Below, piece after piece: positions 18,856-29,608 of a DNA stretch of 64,000 nt. Within the stretch, counting starts at the first letter, position 1; each line of letters opens with the position of its first letter. The DNA lies in the NCBI GenBank assembly GCA_963729895.1, contig CAVSQB010000013.1, forward strand, positions 5,051 through 69,050. The letters are read 5' to 3'. The translations under genes and the position numbers were made by a program. This DNA comes from an uncultured Fibrobacterota bacterium (GTDB lineage: Bacteria; Fibrobacterota; Chitinivibrionia; Chitinivibrionales; FEN-1185). The notes beneath the pieces were generated by a model that did not search any database, had not been told where the DNA came from, and was given only the letters and a program-made list of their open reading frames with translations.

Positions 18856-20130
18856 CTATCGTTTGCGGAATGCGGTTACCTTGCCCAATTGGTTGCAATA
18901 CGCCGTCGTCGTTCCCTCAACTGACACCGACGCCATGGAAGAAAGCCGGTCGCACGCATCCAGAAGCCCCGCGGCGCCGCTCCCAGAAAATAATACCCAG
19001 TTTCCGATGAGATAATAACCTTTTGGCAAATCGCGCACGGCAAGTCGGAACCCGCATTGGCCGATGCCGCCCCGATCCGAGGGCATTGTCACGCGATACC
19101 CGCTTCCGGAAAGCAAGCGATTATCGATGTCAGCGTCGAGCACCCACCCGTAGCCAAGGAGGCCGTTATGTGCGGTCATGCAGGTATGATTCGGGTTTGT
19201 CTCGACCAGCGTATCGAGCCTCAGGGCCGAACCGAGTGGAAACGAAATACCGCGCGATGCGACATCAAACGAAAAGCCCGCCGCCTCCTGCCTGAACACC
19301 GGAGTCATTTCGATGTACGCCACTTTGAACAAAGTTCTGAATTTCATCGGAAGGTGAATATACACCGGCACCCGCACGAGCTGCGGATAGCAAATCTGGT
19401 TCACGGCGGCATGGCTTCCCTTAAAAAACAGGCCCAGGTTGAGATGAAAATCTCCCCTGCGGATAAGCCGGATTGGCCCGGTCTTATAACGCTTTACAAG
19501 GCAGACCATGTTGTCTTCGGAATAGGTGATGGGCAGAATTCCCCAGAGCGCCTTGAGGACGATCCTGACCCGGAGCTCGTTGGTCAGATTGAGATAGCTG
19601 TTCGTTGAAAAGTTCTTGACCCCTGCATGTGTAAAATGAAACCGGTCATGGCCGAAATTCGCGTAAAAATACGGCGTCGTTATCAGCTCTTTAGAACTGT
19701 CGTAATCGATATAGGAAACCGGAGAAAGAGGAATGGAAGGGTTGTCGGTAATGTACACAAACCTGTTTTCCGATTCGCGGCCAATTGTCACACAGGTGCG
19801 GCCCTTCACTCTTGCCGTTTCACCCGTCAATTCCATGTGTTGCCCAAGGCCAACCGTATCCGCGTCTTCCCACAAAAACACGATTTCGTCTGCGGTATCG
19901 AGCATACCGCTTCCCTTATTGGGTTCCTTGCCATTGGGACATATATAGTCGGCGCTGTCCACCTGGTCGATTTGAAACGGAATGCAGGCGCCTGCGTGAT
20001 TTGTAACGCGCAAATCCACAATGTTCTTTCCCAGAAATGCGGGTATCATCTTACCGGTAATGACAATGGGTTCGGCGCATGCCAGGCCGGGCAGCAGCAC
20101 GAATACGAGAAGGATGATTCTTGATTTCAT
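18856..20130 (-). CDS. Secreted hypothetical protein
   Basis: Signal-peptide-like N-terminus; IPFQID...LDTADEIVF motif; 424 aa. Confidence 0.7.
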   Translation of the reverse strand: MKSRIILLVFVLLPGLACAEPIVITGKMIPAFLGKNIVDLRVTNHAGACIPFQIDQVDSADYICPNGKEPNKGSGMLDTADEIVFLWEDADTVGLGQHMELTGETARVKGRTCVTIGRESENRFVYITDNPSIPLSPVSYIDYDSSKELITTPYFYANFGHDRFHFTHAGVKNFSTNSYLNLTNELRVRIVLKALWGILPITYSEDNMVCLVKRYKTGPIRLIRRGDFHLNLGLFFKGSHAAVNQICYPQLVRVPVYIHLPMKFRTLFKVAYIEMTPVFRQEAAGFSFDVASRGISFPLGSALRLDTLVETNPNHTCMTAHNGLLGYGWVLDADIDNRLLSGSGYRVTMPSDRGGIGQCGFRLAVRDLPKGYYLIGNWVLFSGSGAAGLLDACDRLSSMASVSVEGTTTAYCNQLGKVTAFRKR

Positions 20131-20333
20131 TGGGATTTGAACTCTTCTTGCTTGCTCAGCACTGGAGCATTAAGCCGGGAGCAGCGACCAAGGTTGATAA
20201 AATACGTCTACGGGGTACAGAATGAAAGGAGGGACCGTGAAAGCGGTTGGAATGATTTCGCTTTTGGGCATGCCATAGGGTACGGATCGGCGTTTCGGAG
20301 TCTAAACCGGGACCGGTGTCCGTTGTTCTTGTC

Positions 20334-22019
20334 TTACATTTTCTTCCTCACCATGATCGACAGCAGCAACCCAAATCCCATGATTGCGGCCACGACGAAT
20401 CCGACAATCCCTATGACGGGAATATCGTGGAATCTGGGCGGAATCCTTGAAAGCACCACCAGCGAAGAGCCGATGATGAGTGAAGCGAGGATGACGGTGA
20501 ATGCAAGCCGGTCAACCAACTGCTCGTGCGTACGTAACATGGGCTCCAGCCCGCGATGTTCGAATTCGATGCGAACCCTTCCGGCTTTGACAAGCCGCAT
20601 GACGTCGCGAAGGTCGTAGGGAAGGTTTCTCACGATGGCGCCCAGGTCGAGACCCGACGCAACTAGACCTGACAAATGCGATAATGGGTTGAGCCGTTCG
20701 GCCATCAACTTCTTTGCAAACGGTTTCACATATTCGACAAGGGTGAAATCAGGGTCAAGGCTGAAGCCAACGCCTTCGATGGTAATCATCGCCTTCACAA
20801 GCAGATAGAAGCCGGGCAGTATTCTTATCTTGTGCGTAATAATAAGTTTTGTGATGCGCGTCATGAGATCGCCGATGTTGACGTCCTTGAGGGAAAGGAG
20901 AACATAGTCTTCAAGCAACTCGGTAACGTCGTATTCGAGCATTTGGACATCCGCAATAGGCTGCCGGCTCTGTTCAACGAGCGTTCGAGCGATCTTACCG
21001 GGGTCTCTGTCGACAACACCGAGCATAATTGAGACAAGGTATTCCTTGAGCGATGGGGACAAGATACCCATTATTCCGAAATCAAGGAAACAGATGACTC
21101 CACTTTCAAGTATCAGGATGTTGCCCGGGTGCGGGTCGGCATGGAAGAAGCCATGTTCGAAGATCTGCTTGAACAGAAGCGTGGTACCACGCTCTGCAAT
21201 TTGCTTCAAATCAAGCCCGGCTGATTTTAGCTTGCCAACATCAGAAGCTCTTATTCCGTCAACGAATTCCGTCGTGAGGACTCGTTTTGTGGTCAAATGG
21301 CGGTATACCGCCGGCACATACACCGTGGCGTCGCCGCGGAAGTTCTCCGCAAAACGCTCGATATGGGACGCTTCATTGAGAAAATTGAGTTCCTTGCGTA
21401 TGCTGCGCACGAATTCCTCGTGGATTCGCACGGGACTCACATACTTGGCGAATTCAACATGCTTTTCGATAATTGAAGCGACCTGAAACAGGATGTCGAT
21501 ATCAGTCTCTATAACTTCCTCAAGTCTTGGCCGTTGAACCTTGACGGCAACCTGGGTGCCGTTTGCAAGCGCGGCACGATGCACCTGGGCAATGGAAGCA
21601 GAGGCAAAGGGGTCTTTGGAAAAATCAGAAAAGATCTCGGTCACCGGCTTGCCGAATTCTTTTTCAAGGATTCGAACGGATTCTTCGGCGGGAAAAGGCT
21701 CAACTGAGTCCTGTAATTGCCTCAGCGCCGTTATGATCTCCTGCGGCAGCACGTCGGGACGGTTGCTCATGAACTGGCCCAGCTTTATGAATGTGGGCCC
21801 CAACTCCGTAAATGCCAGGCGGAGGCGGTCGCCGTGCGACAGATGGTGCAAGCTTGCGTCAGACCTGGCAGCGGGCCTTAGTCCCGGCGGCAGATACCGC
21901 TCGAGGCGCAGGGTGGCGAGCAAGTCGCCCAGCCCGTACTTAATAAAGACGGACATTATCTCGCCGTACCTGGCGATCTGGCGGTAGGTACGGCCGATGG
22001 TGGGAATTCTTCGGAACAT
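20334..22019 (-). CDS. AarF/UbiB/ABC1-family atypical kinase
   Basis: ELGPTFIKLGQ, ASASIAQVH, VAVKVQRP, FFHADPHPGN, LDFG, two C-terminal TMs. Confidence 0.93.
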   Translation of the reverse strand: MFRRIPTIGRTYRQIARYGEIMSVFIKYGLGDLLATLRLERYLPPGLRPAARSDASLHHLSHGDRLRLAFTELGPTFIKLGQFMSNRPDVLPQEIITALRQLQDSVEPFPAEESVRILEKEFGKPVTEIFSDFSKDPFASASIAQVHRAALANGTQVAVKVQRPRLEEVIETDIDILFQVASIIEKHVEFAKYVSPVRIHEEFVRSIRKELNFLNEASHIERFAENFRGDATVYVPAVYRHLTTKRVLTTEFVDGIRASDVGKLKSAGLDLKQIAERGTTLLFKQIFEHGFFHADPHPGNILILESGVICFLDFGIMGILSPSLKEYLVSIMLGVVDRDPGKIARTLVEQSRQPIADVQMLEYDVTELLEDYVLLSLKDVNIGDLMTRITKLIITHKIRILPGFYLLVKAMITIEGVGFSLDPDFTLVEYVKPFAKKLMAERLNPLSHLSGLVASGLDLGAIVRNLPYDLRDVMRLVKAGRVRIEFEHRGLEPMLRTHEQLVDRLAFTVILASLIIGSSLVVLSRIPPRFHDIPVIGIVGFVVAAIMGFGLLLSIMVRKKM

Positions 22020-22160
22020 GGCGACACTCGGGATTTCTACTTGACTACGAGAAAGACGTAGACGGGCGCGATGCTACGACCTTGCTCTTTCGCCTGCGGG
22101 CAGAAAGGTTCTTCTGCCTCACACGCACGCATCCGGCCGCTTTCGTTCCCGCTCGTTCGT

Positions 22161-22451
22161 TCACTTCTTTCCTTCAAGCTCCCGTATCCTGGCCTCGAGC
22201 TTCTTTATATCGGCACGAGTGGGGATGTCAAGCTTTGTGACGGCGGTGTGCACTGCAGTGTCGACAAGCTTCTCCACGCTTTTTCTGGCCTCCTCGGACT
22301 TCTTCAAAAGATCATCGACGAATTTCTTTCCCTCGCCTTCCGCAATCTTGGCTTCCCGCACGATCTTCTTCGCAGCCACCTCGGCCTTCTCCTTTGTCAT
22401 GAACGCGAGTCCGACTCCCGCCAGGACCGTCTTCTTGATCAGTTCTACCAT
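22161..22451 (-). CDS. Phasin-like small protein upstream of the ABC1 kinase
   Basis: LAGVGLAFMTKEKAE...LDIPTRADIKKLEARI. Confidence 0.8.
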   Translation of the reverse strand: MVELIKKTVLAGVGLAFMTKEKAEVAAKKIVREAKIAEGEGKKFVDDLLKKSEEARKSVEKLVDTAVHTAVTKLDIPTRADIKKLEARIRELEGKK

Positions 22452-22505
22452 GGGACCCTCCTTGTGCTGATGTGTTCCAAAGAATTCGTATATGGAAAGA
22501 ATATA

Positions 22506-23960
22506 TTACGCGTTGTAACTTCCTGAAGAGGTTTGCCCTCCCCGGCCCGTCCAATCGGTGTGGAAGAAGCGCCCGCGCGGGCTGTCGGTTCTTTCGTAGG
22601 TATGCGCTCCGAAGTAGTCACGCTGTGCCTGAAGAAGGTTTGCAGGAAGCCGGTTGCAACGATAACCATCGTAAAATGCAAGCCCTGCGCTCAGCGCCGG
22701 AACGGGGATTCCGGCAAGAGCGGCGGCAGCAACCGTTTTTCTCCAGCCATCCTGACATCGCGCAACCGCGTCCCTGAAATATCCGTCGAGAAGGAGTGAC
22801 GGAAGGCTCTTGTCCCTGTTGAAAGCCTCCTTTATTCTGTCGAGAAACACGCTCCGAATAATGCATCCTGCGCGCCACACGAGGGCGATGTTGCCCAGGT
22901 CCAGGTTCCACGAATACTCGGCAGCCGCCTGCCGCAGAAGCATGAAGCCCTGGGTATAGCTGATTATTTTTGAAGCGAACAAGGCGTCCCGCAGGTTTGA
23001 AATGCATTCCTGTTTTTCCGCCGGAATCTTCATGTTGGGACCGACAAGCGCCTTGGAGGCAAGAACGCGCTCGTCCTTAATGGCCGACAAACACCTGCTG
23101 AATACCGCTTCGGCAATAAGCGTGACCGGAACGCCCAAATCCAGGGAACTCACGCTGGCCCACTTTCCGGTCCCCTTCTGGCCCGACACGTCAAGAATCT
23201 TGTCAACAAGGAACGATTCGTTTCGGTCGCGGAATTCGAGGATAGTGGCGGTGATTTCCACCAGGTAACTGTTGAGCTCTCCCCTGTTCCATTCGGCCCA
23301 GACCCTGGACATTTCCGCCGGTTCCAGCCCCAGACCGTCGCGCAGAAATTGGTACGATTCGCCGATCAACTGTAGATCGCCGTATTCGATTCCGTTGTGC
23401 GTCATCTTGACAAAATGGCCTGCCCCGTTCTCGCCGATCCAATCGCAGCACGGGATTCCATCCGGGGTTTTTGCGCAAATCGATTGAAAAATGGGCTTCA
23501 CCAGCTGCCATGCCGCTGCGCTGCCGCCCGGCATCAGAGATGGCCCATTCCGCGCGCCTTCTTCCCCGCCGGAAACGCCGCATCCAACATACAAGAGTCC
23601 TGCGGCTTCCACGAGCTTCGCGCGGCGAATTGAGTCTGTAAAGTGTGAGTTGCCCCCATCAATGATGCAATCGCCGGGTTGAAGAGAGCGAAGCAGAACG
23701 TCGGTCAAATCGTCCACCGGGGATCCTGCCTTTACCATGAGCATGATTTTGCGAGGCCGTTCAAGATAGCCGATCATTTCTTCAAACGAACGGGCGCCTA
23801 TAATGCTTTTCCCGCGTGCCGGGCCGGAAAGAAACTCGTTTGTTTTTGCCGCCGTCCTGTTGTGAACAACCACACTGAAGCCGTGGTCAGCCATGTTGAG
23901 GGCAAGATTGGCGCCCATCACCGCCAGGCCCGCAACCCCTATGTCGGCATGCGTGTTCAT
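22506..23960 (-). CDS. gnd: 6-phosphogluconate dehydrogenase (NADP, decarboxylating)
   Basis: GLAVMG, GVSGGEEGARNGPSLMPGG, VKMTHNGIEY, QAQRDYFGAHTY. Confidence 0.97.
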   Translation of the reverse strand: MNTHADIGVAGLAVMGANLALNMADHGFSVVVHNRTAAKTNEFLSGPARGKSIIGARSFEEMIGYLERPRKIMLMVKAGSPVDDLTDVLLRSLQPGDCIIDGGNSHFTDSIRRAKLVEAAGLLYVGCGVSGGEEGARNGPSLMPGGSAAAWQLVKPIFQSICAKTPDGIPCCDWIGENGAGHFVKMTHNGIEYGDLQLIGESYQFLRDGLGLEPAEMSRVWAEWNRGELNSYLVEITATILEFRDRNESFLVDKILDVSGQKGTGKWASVSSLDLGVPVTLIAEAVFSRCLSAIKDERVLASKALVGPNMKIPAEKQECISNLRDALFASKIISYTQGFMLLRQAAAEYSWNLDLGNIALVWRAGCIIRSVFLDRIKEAFNRDKSLPSLLLDGYFRDAVARCQDGWRKTVAAAALAGIPVPALSAGLAFYDGYRCNRLPANLLQAQRDYFGAHTYERTDSPRGRFFHTDWTGRGGQTSSGSYNA

Positions 23961-25144
23961 TCTGTCAACCCTCTCTCATTCATTGCCTGTTGTACCTCGG
24001 TCACGGAAAATCCAAGGTTCACCAACGCGGCCTTCGCTGAACTGGGAATCTTCTTAGCTACCGCCACCGCATAGTTTTTGAATTCGAGGCGTTTTGGATA
24101 ATTGCTCCGCACTGCGCCGAAATACTTGCCGCGCCTTGAAGAATCCAGCAAAACGATCTTTCGAAACAACGAATCGTCTTTCAAAATAGGGTATGCTTTC
24201 AAAACAGCTTCGGCAAGCGTATCCATTTCGCCATTCAGCACGATTTGCCTGGATTGGTAATTGTCGCGGGCCAGCGGGGGCCGCCATCTTCTTTGCTGGG
24301 AGAAGAAAGCGCAGGCAGCCTCATAGATCATTTCGGTACCCCTCACCTTGCCGTCGTAAGAATAGCCGGCGATGTGCGGCGTGGCAAGATCGCATACCGC
24401 AATGGTTTCAGGGGCCGGTTCCGGTTCGTTATTCCATACGTCGAGTACCACGCAACCCAGGCTTTTTCTGTCGCTTATGAGCGAGGCTTCGTGGAGAACA
24501 TCGCCTCGGCTCGTGTTCACGAGGAACGCCCCCTTTTTCATGGACGCAATGAATTCGGCGTTCACCATGCGGTACGTTGCGTCCGGGCCCTCGGTGGTAA
24601 GCGGCACGTGAATGGTGACAACATCCGACTCCTTGAGAACAGAGGTGAGCGGCAGATACAGATCGCTGCCCGAAAGAGCTTTCTTGGGCGGATCGTTGAG
24701 CAGGCAACGCATTCCCAAGGCGCGGCCTAGAGAAAGTACCCTGGTTCCCACGTCGCCAACGCCGACAATTCCGAGCGTTTTGCCCCCAAGTTTTGTGCCT
24801 CTCTTTCCCGCACAGTGGAGGAGTGCGGCGACAACGTATTCGGCCACCGAATTCGCATTTGATCCCGGTGCATGAGCAAACCCCCTGCGGCTGTCTCTCA
24901 GGTATGCGAGATCCACATGGTCGGTGCCGGTTGTTGCGCTTGCCACGAACTTGACGGATGTGCCATCGAGAAGATCTCGATTGACAGGCGTAACCGACCG
25001 TACCAGGAGCACATCGATGTCTTTGAGCCTGTCCCGGGTTATATCGCACCCTTCTACGGCAGACACTTCTCCGAACTGGCCAAAAGCCTCCTTACCGAAA
25101 AGGATATTCACATCAGCGAGAATTTTCATGAGGTCCCGTGACAC
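23957..25144 (-). CDS. pdxB: 4-phosphoerythronate dehydrogenase
   Basis: LLVRSVT, ATTGTDHVD, GSNANSVAEY, TPHIAGYSYDGK. Confidence 0.92.
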   Translation of the reverse strand: MSRDLMKILADVNILFGKEAFGQFGEVSAVEGCDITRDRLKDIDVLLVRSVTPVNRDLLDGTSVKFVASATTGTDHVDLAYLRDSRRGFAHAPGSNANSVAEYVVAALLHCAGKRGTKLGGKTLGIVGVGDVGTRVLSLGRALGMRCLLNDPPKKALSGSDLYLPLTSVLKESDVVTIHVPLTTEGPDATYRMVNAEFIASMKKGAFLVNTSRGDVLHEASLISDRKSLGCVVLDVWNNEPEPAPETIAVCDLATPHIAGYSYDGKVRGTEMIYEAACAFFSQQRRWRPPLARDNYQSRQIVLNGEMDTLAEAVLKAYPILKDDSLFRKIVLLDSSRRGKYFGAVRSNYPKRLEFKNYAVAVAKKIPSSAKAALVNLGFSVTEVQQAMNERGLTE

Positions 25145-25313
25145 TGCCCCTATTCAGGAGGTGCGGAAAAGAGCCGGGGAACAATCTTTTGTAAAAATAA
25201 ACGATTGTTCCTCTGCGCAAACAGATTTATCCTGAACGCAAAAACATATATTTCTGTCGGGCGCGGGTGATGTCCCGGCTGCCCCACACGGCCCTCGCGG
25301 ACAAACTCACACT

Positions 25314-27074
25314 ATGAATGCAGCACAAACGATGCCAACCACTCCCGCTCCTTTGTACGATCCAAATAGCCCGTCCTCGCTTGAAAAGTACTCGTCGGCC
25401 ATCACGTTGTCCGACATGGAAGTTTTTATTTTCCCCGAGCTCCTTTTCGCGCTTGTGCTTGCCAACATCATGTCTCCTGCACTGTGGAGGTGGAAAGACG
25501 ATTCCTGGTTTGCCGGCGTTGATGCGCTCAACCAATACCGGAGACTTTTACGCGCGAAACAATATATTATCGACAAATTCTCGTTTAACCTCGATCTCGA
25601 CACCTGGGGCCTCACAACCAAGGAAAAAGAACTTGCGCGGTTTTCTTCGTTCATAAGCCAGGAAGCGCTTGCACAAAGCAATGCGTTGTTCGGGTATGAA
25701 GGCGACAAATACTATTTCAACATCGATATCCGCCGGCACTTCGGGCTCGACAAATACACATCGGACGTAATTCCCTATTGGAAGACGGAAACCATTGAAG
25801 CCATGGAGGCTTTTCGCCACAAGCAGGGATATTCCGGAGGGGCGGGCGAATGCGTGTCGTTGTCAACGCTTTATGCGAGCGCACTGTTCGTGGTGGCGCG
25901 CGTTCCCCTCGAACAGATATACCTCATGGCAACGCCCCTTCATTCGCAAAACTTCGTTGACATCAATGATGGCATAATTACAAACAACCGGCGGATCGTC
26001 ACCAGGAACATGTGGTTTAACGGGACCGAACTCAGCGAAAAATCGCGGCGTGCGCTCTTGCACGAACGCGTTACCGTTGTGGCGCACCACACGGGACACA
26101 TTCACACGCTTTACGATAAGGCAACCATGTCCCGGCCGGCCTACGCTCATTTCAAGGATAAACTATCCAAGTTTCTCACAACAGACATCGATTTCGAAAT
26201 CCTCGCGAACTTTCTGCGGCAAAACAGCAACCTTCAAAAGTGTTTCCAAATCATCCACCACCTTGGAGGCAGGCCTCGTTACATTCAGGCCGAAAAAGTT
26301 TATTCGTACGAACATAACAGTAAGTTCAAGGTAAGCGACAACACCAGATCGCGTCTCCTCCAGGAAATAGACGAGGATGAATTCTATCCCGAGCCGCTTC
26401 CGGGTCGCCTGATGCTCCATGAAGTTGAGGATTATTTCAAGTCGAATCAGATATCCATCGATCGCGTTTCATCGCTTGACGGCCTTCGCGATCATCTGAG
26501 GCACAGTTGTTTCAATACGGAGGAGGTCATGAATGACCTAGTGGCTTTTTGCCGTATTGTACCCAAGCTTCCTGCAGAAGACAAGACATGGGCCGATCAA
26601 CGGCCGATTGAGATCGACGTCACCTGGGGACGGGAACGAATCGTTGAGTATCTCGAATCAATTCGCTCCGATAATCCCGTTGCCGATCTCGCGTTTGCCG
26701 CATTTCGTGACTTAAAACGCAGCCCGTGGAAGCCCTTTCTCAAGGCCGCCCTCGAACGAAATCCCGTGAGTATTTCCGGCGCATCGAACCTTGACATTCA
26801 GGATGCGGCGCTGGCCCTGTCTCGAATGTCCAACGAGTCCATTTACGACGGAAGTCGCATGGCACAACCGGATGAGGTATGGAACTATGGCCGGGGCGAC
26901 GGAATGGAAAAAGCGATTTGCCTTCTCAACATCATCCGCAGCAGGCGGCCGGGCAGGAACTCGCTAATTCGCGGGGACGGAAAGCGGATGCTAGTTTCGG
27001 ACGGAAACAAAGAATACGAGTTTGAGAGCGTCAAAGGACTTGACCTGCCTCAAGAGAAAGATTTTGTTTGGTGA
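25314..27074 (+). CDS. Hypothetical protein, putative transglutaminase-like fold
   Basis: 586 aa; GECVSLSTLYASAL, LHSQN, TNN; second repeat QPDEVWNYGRGDGMEKA. Confidence 0.6.
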   Translation: MNAAQTMPTTPAPLYDPNSPSSLEKYSSAITLSDMEVFIFPELLFALVLANIMSPALWRWKDDSWFAGVDALNQYRRLLRAKQYIIDKFSFNLDLDTWGLTTKEKELARFSSFISQEALAQSNALFGYEGDKYYFNIDIRRHFGLDKYTSDVIPYWKTETIEAMEAFRHKQGYSGGAGECVSLSTLYASALFVVARVPLEQIYLMATPLHSQNFVDINDGIITNNRRIVTRNMWFNGTELSEKSRRALLHERVTVVAHHTGHIHTLYDKATMSRPAYAHFKDKLSKFLTTDIDFEILANFLRQNSNLQKCFQIIHHLGGRPRYIQAEKVYSYEHNSKFKVSDNTRSRLLQEIDEDEFYPEPLPGRLMLHEVEDYFKSNQISIDRVSSLDGLRDHLRHSCFNTEEVMNDLVAFCRIVPKLPAEDKTWADQRPIEIDVTWGRERIVEYLESIRSDNPVADLAFAAFRDLKRSPWKPFLKAALERNPVSISGASNLDIQDAALALSRMSNESIYDGSRMAQPDEVWNYGRGDGMEKAICLLNIIRSRRPGRNSLIRGDGKRMLVSDGNKEYEFESVKGLDLPQEKDFVW

Positions 27075-27086
27075 ATGGAGACCGCC

Positions 27087-29372
27087 TCACTTTGCTGCTT
27101 TGGAAAGCATTTCCCCCAATTCTTTCTGGTTCTTAACCGCAAGAACCTCTCTGTTATTGACAAGAGCTTCAATCGGCTCTTTCATGCCAAGTTCCTCGAC
27201 GTCCTTCCGGTGCTCGGCAAGCAGCGAGGAACTTTTCTCGACCAGCTGCACGAATTGGTCAACGTTTATCCCGAGTTTCTTGCAGTCTGTAAACCAGTAC
27301 GACATGGTGGTGCGTTCGGCAAAAAGCTCCAAGTACCGGTGGAACAATGCCGGGTACTTGCGCAACATCACAAGCCACCGAAGCGCCTCCTCGCTGCGTA
27401 ACGATTCTTCCGCCTGTGCGCCGACGCTGTCCGATGCACCGAAGTCAAGCGGCAGAACCCGGATCCTGGCATTGTTCTTTGCAGCGGCAAGAACGATCCT
27501 GATTGCGTCCCTGGTGCCCGGAAATACCGGGTCCGCATAGAGGGTAAACAACGGCGCTTCCAGCGTGCGCTTATAAAAATACGACGGCTTCACCATGCCT
27601 TTCTTGAATGCAAACTTGTCCCGCGCTGGTACGAGCGCGGGCTCGATGCTGGGGTAATTAGCCGTTTTGATGACGGCTCTATCGAAGATAAAAAAGGGCA
27701 AAAACGAAGGGTCATAATCGGCAAGGAATGCCTTCCCCTTCGCCGAGCCCACGCGGACCGTGTCGACAACCACGCCGGGGAATTCGTCGGCAATGCCGGC
27801 CAGAACGCTGGTTTCCGGATGAGAAAGCGCGGAATCGGCCACAAGCGCCGTGAGCGTGAACCGTACCGCGTCTGCATATTCGCACACGGCCTTGGTGCCT
27901 TTGCGCGAAACGCATGCTCCGGTCTTGCCGGGCTTCTTGCAGTCCTGATCGGAAAAACACTCCGGAATCGAATCGCAGTACCTTGAGGCGCCTTCTTTGC
28001 TTCTGCACAGAAGTTTTGCAAGCCGCGGTTTCGAAATCTCGCCGGAAAAAGATGCATTGTTGATCAACAGGGTCGGCGAGGCATTAATGCCCATGCGCAT
28101 CGACCGGGTATAATGCAACGCAAGTTCGGCGCGTCCTTTCCTGGCAGCCCACGCTTTGATCCTGGGCAAATCGAGCCCCAGTGATCGAATGACCGCTTCG
28201 GTCTTAACACTCTCCGAAAACGAGCGTGCCTTAAGAAATTCGAGCCACGCACCCGGATAAACAGCCTGCACCGACAGCCACAAAAGCTCATCGTCAAGCT
28301 CGTCGGCACCATGCAAGGATGACATGGAGCCATCTATGGAAACCGTTCCGATAAACCAGACATGCCACTCGACGGCGGGAAACATCGTGACAATGGAAAC
28401 CAAGTCCCTAAGCGCGGCGCACCCGAATTGGCATTGCGACATGATGTACAAGTCGAACACAGTCTTCGTGCGGGAACCCTCGCCCTGCGACGGCAGCGTA
28501 ATCAGATTTTCGACAACCGGATCGTCCGGGATTTCCGGTCCCACGTCAAGCCAGCCGTTGCGCGTAATCCCGAGCCCTTTGCTGTCCCTGCCGATTTCCG
28601 CAAAGGAAAGCGCCTTGCCCTGGAACCCGAACTGCAGCATCACCTGCCCCTGCGGCGTGATGAATTCCTCGGTAGAGCTTTTTCTGTGCCCGTTTACAAC
28701 AAGTCCGCATTCCGGAAAGGTGTCGAGCAATTCGCGGCTCAACTCCTCTCCAAGATGAGCAAGTATGATCTGGAAATCGGATTTTCCCCTGAGCTCCTTC
28801 CATATCTTCCGGATCGCGGAAACCGGCTGCTGGACAATAACGGAATCGTCTCGAGATACCAGGCGTTCCTGCGTTGTCACCCCGGTTATGCCGAGCGAGT
28901 ACGCGCCTCTCCGGACAATAACATAAGGCGCCGCAAGAGAACGGCCGTCCGGCAGGAAACAGTTGGCGGAAACGAGCGGAACTCTTGCAGCAGCGGCCTG
29001 TGATGCCAGCCAGCGCGTGCCGAATTGAAGATCGTCGTCGCCGATGCACACGGCGTCATACTTCATGTATCCCATGGCGCGAAGCGCGGCAAGAGTCCTG
29101 AGGGAATCGCCTGCTCTGCCGCGTGTGTACGAATCGTACAAACCCCCGCCCGAGAAGCCTCCCGCGTCGACAAGAACGATGTCGTCCGAGTCCCGCAACG
29201 CGGAAATCAGGCTCGCGCGTTTTGCAAAACCGCCTCCCGGCGACGTCGGACAATCGCATGCGTCAAGAGTTGCGTGCGTTTCGCCCGATGCAACAACGGT
29301 CACTTTCTTTTGCACCCCTGCAGGAGAAAGGGCGCCGACTAGAATAGTGAAAAGGACGACCAGACGCTGCAT
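27087..29372 (-). CDS. Secreted UshA/5'-nucleotidase-like metallophosphoesterase fused to thioredoxin/GILT-like and Cys-rich domains
   Basis: HATLDACDC..GGFAKR, LVDAGG, YDAVCIGDDD, NGH; FDLYIMSQCQFG; ASPTLLIN; ECFSDQDC. Confidence 0.65.
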   Translation of the reverse strand: MQRLVVLFTILVGALSPAGVQKKVTVVASGETHATLDACDCPTSPGGGFAKRASLISALRDSDDIVLVDAGGFSGGGLYDSYTRGRAGDSLRTLAALRAMGYMKYDAVCIGDDDLQFGTRWLASQAAAARVPLVSANCFLPDGRSLAAPYVIVRRGAYSLGITGVTTQERLVSRDDSVIVQQPVSAIRKIWKELRGKSDFQIILAHLGEELSRELLDTFPECGLVVNGHRKSSTEEFITPQGQVMLQFGFQGKALSFAEIGRDSKGLGITRNGWLDVGPEIPDDPVVENLITLPSQGEGSRTKTVFDLYIMSQCQFGCAALRDLVSIVTMFPAVEWHVWFIGTVSIDGSMSSLHGADELDDELLWLSVQAVYPGAWLEFLKARSFSESVKTEAVIRSLGLDLPRIKAWAARKGRAELALHYTRSMRMGINASPTLLINNASFSGEISKPRLAKLLCRSKEGASRYCDSIPECFSDQDCKKPGKTGACVSRKGTKAVCEYADAVRFTLTALVADSALSHPETSVLAGIADEFPGVVVDTVRVGSAKGKAFLADYDPSFLPFFIFDRAVIKTANYPSIEPALVPARDKFAFKKGMVKPSYFYKRTLEAPLFTLYADPVFPGTRDAIRIVLAAAKNNARIRVLPLDFGASDSVGAQAEESLRSEEALRWLVMLRKYPALFHRYLELFAERTTMSYWFTDCKKLGINVDQFVQLVEKSSSLLAEHRKDVEELGMKEPIEALVNNREVLAVKNQKELGEMLSKAAK

Positions 29373-29525
29373 AGCATGTTTTCCGTGGGGAGGTTCCGAC
29401 GCACTTGAAAATATCGACATACAAAAATAACTCTGCTGCCGGCTCCCATGCCATCACTATTGAGCCATGTCTTGCCGTGCTCGCGTTGTGTACAGGCTGC
29501 GGGCTCCGCCGGTAACTGATTCTCT

Positions 29526-29553
29526 TGACATTATGACCCGGTAAACTATTTTA
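29526..29553 (+). promoter_or_regulatory. Putative sigma70 promoter of trpB2
   Basis: TTGACA-16 bp-TATTTT. Confidence 0.45.
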
Positions 29554-29608
29554 TTGCTGTCATGTCCGCTTCGCACATCCGTTCAAATGAACCATAAAAG
29601 GAGAGCGT

